In this document: piece by piece, positions 33,545-44,781 of the stretch
How positions within the stretch are numbered: position 1 is the stretch's first letter
How the letters are laid out: the number at the start of each line of letters is the position of its first letter
From: Eledone cirrhosa
Taxonomy: Eukaryota
Assembly (NCBI GenBank): GCA_964016885.1
Contig: CAXHJY010001653.1
Coordinates: 1 to 44,781, forward strand
Length of the DNA: 44,781 nucleotides
Direction of reading: 5' to 3'
Program-made: the position numbers and the translations under genes
The notes under the pieces: generated by a model
Database searches by the model: none
Told to the model about the DNA's origin: nothing
Seen by the model: the letters and a program-made list of their open reading frames with translations, nothing else

Positions 33545-33824
33545 TACAGGCAGACAGACAGACAGACAGACAGAGAAATGAACGTGATACATGTACTAAG
33601 AATGCAGCCAATTACATGATTGGAAGCAGCGTTGCTAAGTTATTTCAGGTCATTCACAGGACGAAGCGATGTCAAATGGGTTCAAATTGCTGTAATTCCC
33701 AGAGACGAGATAACGACATGTGGATGAGACATAAGCAAACTAAAATGGCGTCTAAGGACAAAATGGCGGCCAAGGGAGATTTGAAAGTTGAAATTGATCG
33801 ATCGAATGTGTCCAATAAGCGGGC

Positions 33825-33887
<63 letters not shown>

Positions 33888-33956
33888 GAGAGAGAGACAG
33901 AGAGACATACATATATAAATATATATATACACAGACATATACACACACACACTTAC

Positions 33957-34002
<46 letters not shown>

Positions 34003-34137
34003 GACATACATATATATACACACACAGACATACATATATATACACACACAGACATACATATATATACACACACAGACATACATATATATACACACACAGA
34101 CATACATATATATGCACACAGCATTATATATATATAA

Positions 34138-34181
<44 letters not shown>

Positions 34182-34193
34182 CTGAAGATAGTA

Positions 34194-34259
<66 letters not shown>

Positions 34260-34271
34260 ATATATATATAT

Positions 34272-34450
34272 ACTAGCTGAGGTACCCGGCTTGGCCTGGG
34301 AGAACATTTAAAAGACAGATAAAAGAGAAAACGACTGTATTGGATGTGTTGTTTGGTATGAGGTGAGACTGTAATGTGTGTGCGTGTGCGTGTGTGTGTG
34401 TGAGCGAGAGACATGAAAAAAAAACAATCATAAACTTCCTTATATATATG
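34272..34450 (-). mobile_element. Short non-autonomous Helitron-like element
   Basis: Minus strand ends CCCAGGC-CAA-GCCGGG hairpin, spacer, CTAG then T; other end is TA-rich. Confidence 0.6.
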
Positions 34451-35085
34451 GGGAGGGGGTTATGGTCGTTAGTTCGATGTAAATCAAGAGTACTTTACTT
34501 TGTATGTCTAAGGTACAAACTAGCTGAGAATTTCACTTAACAGTCCTCATGGAGATTCAGCAGTTACAACTCATCTTGTATGTCTATGGCACTACCATAT
34601 CGCAGCGGAATGATTGGGTTGTACTTCGTCACTCGTCAGCCCTTACGCTTGTCAGTGTATGAATACCAAAAGTTGACCTCCCCCCAGCAGTTGCTTCGCG
34701 CTTTTCTTTTCACTTCTAAACAGTTGCAGCTTCATTTTCGTACAAACAAGACGTTACTAAATTCATTCCCTGGAGCAACTGGCAATATAAAGCATTTACC
34801 AAGTAACTTTGGCCCTCTCGGCAAGGGCCCAGCAACATCTTACCTAACATTCTATTGTAATATTTTACGGAGAAAAATAAAACTTTTTTTTTAAATATTT
34901 CCTCGCTGTGCTTACCTATTTGATCCTTTCCTCACCATGAAACTCTAAACACGTAGCCTTATTACCTGATCTTCATTAAGGATCCTTCTCGCAACCAAAA
35001 TATCATATTTTAAAGATCTATCTACTAAATGATGTATCAAAAAGTCTATATTTCAAAAGGCTATATTTTTTAAACAAATGACTGT

Positions 35086-35312
35086 CGGGCTGAGGAGGCC
35101 AGACTCTACAAGTATCAGTCGCTCTCTGACAGATTCGTGCTCGTGCCCTTGGCAGTGGAGACTTCTGGTGTCCTTGGCCTTAGGGCTACCTCCCTATTCA
35201 CCACCATAGACGCTGAGCTGGCCAGCCGCAGGTGTGAGCCCCGTGAGTTGGAATGGCTCTTCCAGCGCATCTACCTGACCATCCTCCGTGGAAACGCCTT
35301 CTCCATTCGGTC
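35086..35312 (+). mobile_element. CRE-clade non-LTR retrotransposon 3' fragment
   Basis: In-frame AEEARLYKYQSLSDRFVLVPLAVETSGVLG...WLFQRIYLTILRGNAFSI: 'KY..PxAxETxG..QR..RGNA' signature of CRE-type elements. Confidence 0.85.
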
Positions 35313-35343
35313 CCGTCTGTCGGTGACAACTCCGGGTAGAAGG

Positions 35344-35458
35344 AGCAACGTGAAATAAAGTCTCTTGCTCAAGGACATAACGCATCGCCCGGTCCGGGAA
35401 TCAAACTCACAACCTCACAATTGCGAATCCAGTTCTCTAACCACTCAGCCTTCATACC
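35344..35458 (-). mobile_element. SINE family B 5' part (tRNA head plus core)
   Basis: Minus strand GGCTGAGTGGTTAGAG...GAGTTTGATTCCCGG...TGTCCTTGAGCAAG. Confidence 0.75.
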
Positions 35459-35819
35459 CTATACATCTTTCTTAACAGACACCTCCACCAATAACACCAA
35501 CAACAATATCCAAATATTGTACGTGTACTGTACTAGAACATTAATTATAAGCAACTGGCCTTAACGCCTGCCTGTGTCTATATCACCTTGTGTTTGTAGA
35601 CGCATGCTGTGTTGCGACTAAACGTATAGCAGAACATCTTCGGTTGAATAGTTCAATATACAAACATTATCGACTGTAATGATGTACGGATGACAAAGTC
35701 GTTCATTGAGTGTGATGAACATCCTACACTTCAGATTAATTACCACAAACATTCTGAATTGTAGCCAAAACATTTTGGAGATATTTTTACAATTACTTAA
35801 CGGTTCTATTAACAAGAAC

Positions 35820-35940
<121 letters not shown>

Positions 35941-36006
35941 CATATATTTTTTTTGCCAGTTTATATACATACATAAATATATATATCTACATAAATATAT
36001 ATATCT

Positions 36007-36043
<37 letters not shown>

Positions 36044-36338
36044 TATATACATATATATATATACATATATACATATATATACATATATACATATATATAT
36101 ATATACATACACATACATATATATATACATATATACATATATATATACATATATATACATACATATACATATATATATATATATACATATATATACATAC
36201 ATATATATATATATACATATATACACATACATATATATATATATACATATATACACATACATATATATATATACGTATATATACATACATATATATATAT
36301 ACACATACATATATATATACACATACATATATATATAT

Positions 36339-36407
<69 letters not shown>

Positions 36408-36452
36408 CATATGGTGGTGGTGGTGGTGTAGTGGTGATCGAGAAGATGCTTT

Positions 36453-36695
36453 AGTTGTGTCCAAGACCTGAGAACCTGCCTAGCGTTGGTGATCTACATG
36501 ATAAATACACCCAGTACACTCTGTAAAGTGGTTGATGATAGACAGGGCACCTTTCTGTAGGAAATTTTGCACAGGCTACAGAGGATTTTTCAGTTGTGTC
36601 TAAGAACTGAGAACCTGCCTAGTGTTGGTGATCTACATGATAAATACACCCAGTGCACTCTGAAAAGAGGGCATCTTTCTATAGATAAACTGGCA
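36453..36695 (+). repeat. ~139-bp tandem duplication of a SINE/RTE-like 3' segment
   Basis: AGTTGTGTC..GAGAACCTGCCTAG..GATCTACATGATAAATACACCCAGT at 36453 and 36592. Confidence 0.85.
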
Positions 36696-36939
36696 AAAAA
36701 AAAAAAGAATAGGTTGGGAACCACTGCGGTATAGGTGCACATTCGTAGAACTTGGGGAATTTGCTTGTAAACCAAGGAATGATTTTAAACCAATATTACA
36801 GCTTATATGACTGATAAGAACTTTTGTCTTCAAATTATTTACACTGGATTTACACTGACATGGAAACATCGCTATAATTCTTTATTTACTGACCACAATG
36901 AATACATAAAAAAGTTTATAACTTTGCCTATTAATCCGT

Positions 36940-37004
<65 letters not shown>

Positions 37005-37011
<7 letters not shown>

Positions 37012-37780
37012 CAAATTTAAATATTTATTATATATATATATATATGTATATATATAACAAATATAAATATTTATTATATATATATATATGTACATATATA
37101 TATATATAATATATATATATATATAACAAATATAAATATATATATAATATATATATAAATATATATATATAATATATATGGGCGGTGCCCCAGCATGGCC
37201 TCAGCCGGATGGCTGAAACAGGTAAAAGAGTAATATATAACAAATATAAATATACATATAATATATATATAAATATATATATATAATATATATATAACAA
37301 ATATAAATATACATATAATATATATATAAATATATATATATAATATATATATAACAAATATAAATATATATATATATAATATATATATAACAAATATAAA
37401 TATATATATATATATAACAAATATAAATATATATATATAACAAATATAAATATATTTATAACATATATATATATATATAATATATATATATACATATATA
37501 ATATATATATATATAACAAATATAAATATATATATAATATATATATATATAACAAATATAAATATATATATAATATATATATAACAGATATAAATATATA
37601 TATAATATATATATAATATATATATAACAAATATAAATATATATATATAACAAATATAAATATATATATATAACAAATATAAATATATATATAACATATA
37701 TATATATATATAATATATATATATATATATAAAATATATATATAACAAATATAAATATATATATAATATATATATAACAA

Positions 37781-37811
<31 letters not shown>

Positions 37812-37956
37812 ACAAATATAAATATATATATAACAAATATAAATATATATATATAACATATATATACATATATATACATATATATATAACATATATATAT
37901 ATATATATAATATATATATAACAAATATAAATATATATATAATATATATATAACAA

Positions 37957-38008
<52 letters not shown>

Positions 38009-38220
38009 CAAATATAAATATATATATATAACAAATATAAATATATATATATAACAAATATAAATATATATATATATAACAAATATAAATATATATATAA
38101 TATATATATAACAAATATAAATATATATATATATATAACAAATATATAAATATATATATGTAACAAATATAAATATATATATATAACATATATATATATA
38201 TATATATATACATATATATA
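37005..38220. repeat. AACAAATATAAAT(AT)n minisatellite
   Basis: AACAAATATAAA recurs every ~20-35 nt. Confidence 0.95.
37180..37232 (+). mobile_element. Isolated 3' tip of the CR1-group LINE
   Basis: GGGCGGTGCCCCAGCATGGCCTCAGCCGGATGGCTGAAACAGGTAAAAGAGTA, identical to 10418-10470. Confidence 0.92.
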
Positions 38221-38799
38221 TGTTATACCCCAATGCTCTAACCACTAAGCCATGTGCCTTCACGGGTGTGTAGGTATGTATGAATGAAATGATATAAAAA
38301 CAATACCCAATACCGGCTGCCATCGATCATGTGGTGATACTAGACTGCGCTGATGGTTGTCTTTACTTTCTCAGACAAACAACTAACATCAAATCAAACA
38401 ATCACACTGACAATATAACTTCAGGCCATGTTGAACACCATTCGCTATTGGCACACACATACATATATATACGAACATTATATATGAATAATGTATGTAT
38501 ATGAATAATGTATGTATAAACTTTTTTATACATACATATGTACACACACACACACATATATATATATATACATATATATATATTTATATGTACATATATA
38601 TGGATACATACATATATATATATATGGATACATACATATATATATATACATACATATATATATATATGTGTATATTATATATATATATATACGCATACAG
38701 TTATAATACACACACACATACACACACACATATATATATATATCATATACACACACACAGATATATACATACATATATATATATATATAGACAGATATA

Positions 38800-38835
<36 letters not shown>

Positions 38836-38936
38836 GATATAGACATATATATATATATACATACATACATACATACATATATATATATATACATATATGT
38901 ATATTATATATATATACACATACAGATATGATATAT

Positions 38937-38992
<56 letters not shown>

Positions 38993-39304
38993 TATATATA
39001 CATATATATATATCATACACACACACATATATATATATATATATTATACACACACGCGTGTGTGTGTATGTGGGATTTAAATATATATTCTTTTAGACCC
39101 CAACTTAGTGTCGTTGTTTTAAGGTTTATGTTGTACGGCAAATGGTGAATCGTCTGCCAGACTCACTAAACCATTAACCCATAAATAAACAGGAGTCTTC
39201 CCTAAATAGAGACACCGCTAATGTATAATACAACCCCGCCATCTTCCTCTCACACATACACGCTTCCTGAAACAGCCACCATTACGTCGCAGTAATGGTC
39301 TAAT

Positions 39305-39950
39305 GGACAGCACAGCTAAGACAGCAACAACAGTAACAACAATAACAGGAACATCAACAGCAGCAATACAAACAACAGCAATAACAACAGTAACAGAAAC
39401 AATAACAACAGCAATAGAAATAACAACAGCAGCAACAGCAACATTAGAAACAACAGCAGCAACAGCAGAAACAGCAGTAGTAGAAACAATAGCAGCAACA
39501 GCAGTAGAAACAACAGAACAACACCAAAAACAACAACAACAACAACAACAATAGCAGAAACAACACCAAAAACAACAACAGCAACAACAGCAGCAACAGA
39601 AACAACAACAGAACACCAAAAACAACAACAACAACAACAACAACAATAGCAGAAACAACACCGAAAACAACAACAACAATAGCAGAAACAACACCAAAAA
39701 CAACAACAACAACAGCAGCAGCAACAGAAACAACAACAACAGCAACAGAAACAACAACAGCAACAGAAACAACAACAGAACAACACCCAAAACAACAACA
39801 CCACCACCACCAAAAACAACAACAACAATAACAGAAACAACAACAACAGTAGCAGAACAACACCAAAAACAACACCACCACCATCACCAAAAACAACAAC
39901 AACAGCAGCAGCAGCAGCAGCAGCAGCAGTAGCAGAAACATGAAAACAAG
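39305..39950. repeat. (CAA/CAG)n degenerate triplet repeat
   Basis: Direct inspection. Confidence 0.93.
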
Positions 39951-40104
39951 CAGCCAACCTAAAATCCTAGAACACAGCTCGGTACTCAGCAGCAGATTAC
40001 CATTAAAAATAAAGCCACACTGTAAAGTAAGGTTTAATTTTACTTGTTCGTGGTGAACACAATACAGAACATGAAGACATTACAAGATTCCAATAGTAAC
40101 AAGG

Positions 40105-41100
<996 letters not shown>

Positions 41101-41180
41101 TTGAAATAGCACGAAAAGAATATTTAAAGGATCTGTTTTTTCTTGTTTTCTTCTTCAATTCGTCAAAAGGACATTATTGA

Positions 41181-41368
41181 GTGGATTGGCAGTATCGGTA
41201 GAGGGTCGGACGCCATGCTTTGACGCATAGAGTTACGGCCCTTGCCATTCTGAGTTCAAATCCCGCCGAAGTTAACTTTGCCCTTCATCCTTACGGGATC
41301 GATAAAATAAAGTACAAGTAATGTATTGAGTAATTTCTGGCCTTGTGCCAATAGTAGAAACAATTATT
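41181..41368 (+). mobile_element. SINE family A, near full length
   Basis: Matches consensus; ATTATTGA on both sides; a further 3' fragment at 41970-42047. Confidence 0.9.
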
Positions 41369-41376
41369 GAAAAAAT

Positions 41377-41463
41377 GGCATGCCATATTTTTAATATGGT
41401 ATCCCTGAAATATGTATAATGAAATAAATATGGTTTTATAAATATAGTTTCCATTTGTTTAAT

Positions 41464-41521
<58 letters not shown>

Positions 41522-41683
41522 CACACACACAAAGACAGATATATATATATATACACAGAAAGACAGATATATATATATATATATATACACAGAAAGACAG
41601 ATATATATATATATATATATATACACAGAAAGACAGATATGTATATATATATTTATATATACATATACACACACACACACAAA

Positions 41684-41744
<61 letters not shown>

Positions 41745-41850
41745 GTCTTTGTGTGTGTGTGTATATATATATATATGCCTTCTTCAGATAAAATACAATA
41801 TATAAGCAGTTTTATAAATAAATTTGACGTACCATAAATATTGATCAACT
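41377..41850. ncRNA. Hammerhead motif in two oppositely oriented halves (HHR-F)
   Basis: Plus 41377-41426: helix II, GAAA, TATGTA-TA, ATGAAATA. Minus 41795-41775: TATTTTAT-CTGAAGA-AGGCAT. Flanks are homologous to 43207-43357. Confidence 0.72.
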
Positions 41851-42354
41851 TTTATGCAAGAAGTTGGTTTATATATGTAGTTATAAGGGTGTGAGCAATG
41901 GGGGAAAGTAAGTAATGAACTGATATAAAGATAATACGAAAAAATATTCCTGAAGCTTATATAGTTAATTTACGGGGTCGATAAAATAAAGTACCAGTAA
42001 TGCACTGGGTATTTGCTGGCCTTGTGCCTAACGTAGAAACAATTATTACATAACAGGCACAATTAAAACACCATGTCGCATCATCAGAAGGCGACATATG
42101 TTACAGTTTTATTAATTCAGGACTCTTTAACAGCTGCAACTTTTACTCTCCTCATTCTCTCTCTCTCTATAAATATATATATATACTCTATATATATATA
42201 TATATGTATATAATACATATATATACACACACATATATATATATACACACACATATATATATATATATACACACACACACATATATAATATATATATATA
42301 TATATACACACACACAAATATACACATATACATGTATACACCACACACACTCAC

Positions 42355-42409
<55 letters not shown>

Positions 42410-42509
42410 TAGATATATATATATATATAAGATAAAAATACTTGAGTGCGTTAGAGTTAAACACACTCGTCGTATTAGAGAAATGACAGTATAAGATATA
42501 GCTCAATGC

Positions 42510-42541
<32 letters not shown>

Positions 42542-42822
42542 CACACACATACACACAAGAACGTGCGAACTGCTGACACAGACAAAGTCTACTTCATATT
42601 TTGTTAAATTTTATGAAGCTCAACTTTTCTGCTAAGTAATTGCAGTCAGCTATTTTTCGCAATAACATCGCTGGTCTTTATAATTAGATCTGGACTTATC
42701 GGCTTATTAAATCTCTCTTTAATGAGAAAGATAGGTTATTGTATTAATAGGAAAAAAATAACTTATTTTAATATTATATATATATATATGATATTATATA
42801 TATATATTCATATATATATATG

Positions 42823-42903
<81 letters not shown>

Positions 42904-43036
42904 ATATATATATGTAAAAGTTCTATTTAAATTGTTGTGAAGCAAATATTTTTATAACTGATATAAAGCACTCAACAAATAACTGGAGTAAAAATACGAT
43001 ATTACCAAATGGAAACTATATTTATAAAACCATATT

Positions 43037-43101
43037 TATTTCATTATACATATTTCAAGGACACCAAGTTAAATTATGGTGTGCTTTCATCAGATAAAAT
43101 A
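43037..43101 (-). ncRNA. Minimal type I hammerhead ribozyme motif (HHR-C)
   Basis: Reverse complement of HHR-D. Confidence 0.87.
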
Positions 43102-43249
43102 TAATATAGACCAGTTTTATAGATAAATATTGACATACCCTTAAAGAATGCAAACCATTACTATTGGAAGCTCCCGGATAGCTTCCAACAGTAATGGTTG
43201 CATTCTTTATGGGTATGTCAATATTTATTTATAAAACTGCTCTATATTA

Positions 43250-43314
43250 TATTTTATCTGATGAAAGCACACCATAATTTAACTTGGTGTCCTTGAAATA
43301 TGTATAATGAAATA
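43250..43314 (+). ncRNA. Minimal type I hammerhead ribozyme motif (HHR-D)
   Basis: TATTTTAT-CTGATGA-AAG C ACACCA (TAATTTAACT) TGGTGT C CTT-GAAA-TATGTA-TA-ATGAAATA; predicted cleavage after 43306. Confidence 0.87.
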
Positions 43315-43568
43315 TATATGGTTTTATAAATATAGTTTCCATTTGTTAATATCGTATATATATATATATATATAAATAAATAAATATATATAAATAAATA
43401 TATATATATATATAAATAAATAAATATATATAAATAAATATATATAAATATATATAAATATATATATAAATATATATTTATATATATATATATATATATA
43501 AATATATATATCACTCCCATGACTGAATCTTAACCATCTGCTATGTCAGGGTATGTCATGCATCATCT

Positions 43569-43635
43569 TATTTTATCTGATGAGGACGTACTGTTGAAGT
43601 TAGCTCAGTACCTCTGAAATATGTATAATAAAATA
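43569..43635 (+). ncRNA. Minimal type I hammerhead ribozyme motif (HHR-E)
   Basis: TATTTTAT-CTGATGA-GGA C GTACTG (12 nt) CAGTAC C TCT-GAAA-TATGTA-TA-ATAAAATA; predicted cleavage after 43627. Confidence 0.87.
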
Positions 43636-43810
43636 TACTTGATCACACAAATGTCTATTTTTGTTAATATTTTGAATAAATATATATATATAAATATAAA
43701 TATAAATATAAATATATATAAATATATATAAATAAATATAAATATATATAAATATAAATATATATAAATAAATATATATATATATATATATGTGTTATGT
43801 ATATATATAA

Positions 43811-43841
<31 letters not shown>

Positions 43842-43891
43842 ATGAAATAAATATGGTTTTATAAATATAGTTTTCCATTTATTTAATATTG

Positions 43892-43925
<34 letters not shown>

Positions 43926-43926
43926 A

Positions 43927-43963
<37 letters not shown>

Positions 43964-43964
43964 A

Positions 43965-43997
<33 letters not shown>

Positions 43998-43998
43998 A

Positions 43999-44053
<55 letters not shown>

Positions 44054-44054
44054 A

Positions 44055-44087
<33 letters not shown>

Positions 44088-44112
44088 AATATAAATATAA
44101 ATATATATATAT

Positions 44113-44295
44113 AGTTTTAATATAGATGAGATTCTACAGGACTAGAACTGTTTCATTCATTAGAAATCATCATGATTTCTAATGAATGAAACAGTTCTAG
44201 TCCTGTAGAATCTCATCTATATTAAAACTGTTATACTCTGCTATGTATTGAGTACCTTACTTACTGTGGTTACCTCCGATTCAACCCGGAATAAC

Positions 44296-44297
<2 letters not shown>
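44113..44297 (+). mobile_element. Fold-back element (family P2): perfect 117-bp palindrome plus ~67-nt tail, flanked by (TA)n
   Basis: 58-bp arms around C44171; tail shares GTATTGAGTAC with the family P1 tail. Confidence 0.88.
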
Positions 44298-44332
<35 letters not shown>

Positions 44333-44455
44333 TAAATATAAATATATATATATAAATATATATATATATAAATATATAAATATATATATATAAATATATA
44401 TAAATATATAAATATATATATATAAATATATATAAATATAAATATATATAAATAT

Positions 44456-44518
<63 letters not shown>

Positions 44519-44533
44519 AATATATATATAAAT

Positions 44534-44695
<162 letters not shown>

Positions 44696-44781
44696 GTATG
44701 TATGTATGCACATTATTAAAAGACTAATCATGTTATGAGTCAATTTGGTCCTAGAAATTCGTACGTTTGATGTCTAATTTT

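Larger units (their letters stand above)
42994..43357. mobile_element. 364-bp inverted-repeat element carrying one hammerhead motif per arm (Penelope-like inverted pseudo-LTR arrangement)
   Basis: ~178-bp arms with a few mismatches around the 7-nt spacer CCCGGAT (43173-43179); right end runs into (TA)n. Confidence 0.88.

Noticed and set aside
36711-36726. AGGTTGGGAACCACTG as the partner of the hAT-like end at 32230
   Set aside because: Looks like a hAT terminus, but the TIRs match only loosely and no shared 8-bp TSD is seen.
39218-39957. Thr/Ala/Gln-rich mucin-like ORFs
   Set aside because: Degenerate CAA/CAG triplet repeat with stops and no non-repetitive coding context.
42070-42105. Minus-strand CTGATGA within an ATGTCGC/GCGACAT hairpin
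   Set aside because: No correctly placed GAAA box.

Overview
Very AT-rich eukaryotic non-coding DNA with no credible host exon. The SINE families look like those of octopus/coleoid cephalopod genomes (recognised from memory, not searched). Roughly half the window is (TA)n-derived microsatellite, and almost every ORF in the supplied track is a low-complexity artefact. The non-microsatellite islands are transposon debris: one 5'-truncated CR1-group LINE plus two copies of its 3' tip, RTE and CRE-clade fragments, a Tc1/mariner 5' end, MITEs, Helitron termini, many tRNA-derived SINEs and several minisatellites. The most notable signal is a family of minimal type I hammerhead ribozyme motifs: five complete copies, one apparently split by an inversion, and weaker candidates. 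Their helix II sequences covary and share a C-pyrimidine mismatch. They sit in short ORF-less elements inserted in (TA)n, alongside many near-perfect fold-back palindromes. This pattern fits non-autonomous Penelope-like or retrozyme-like elements.
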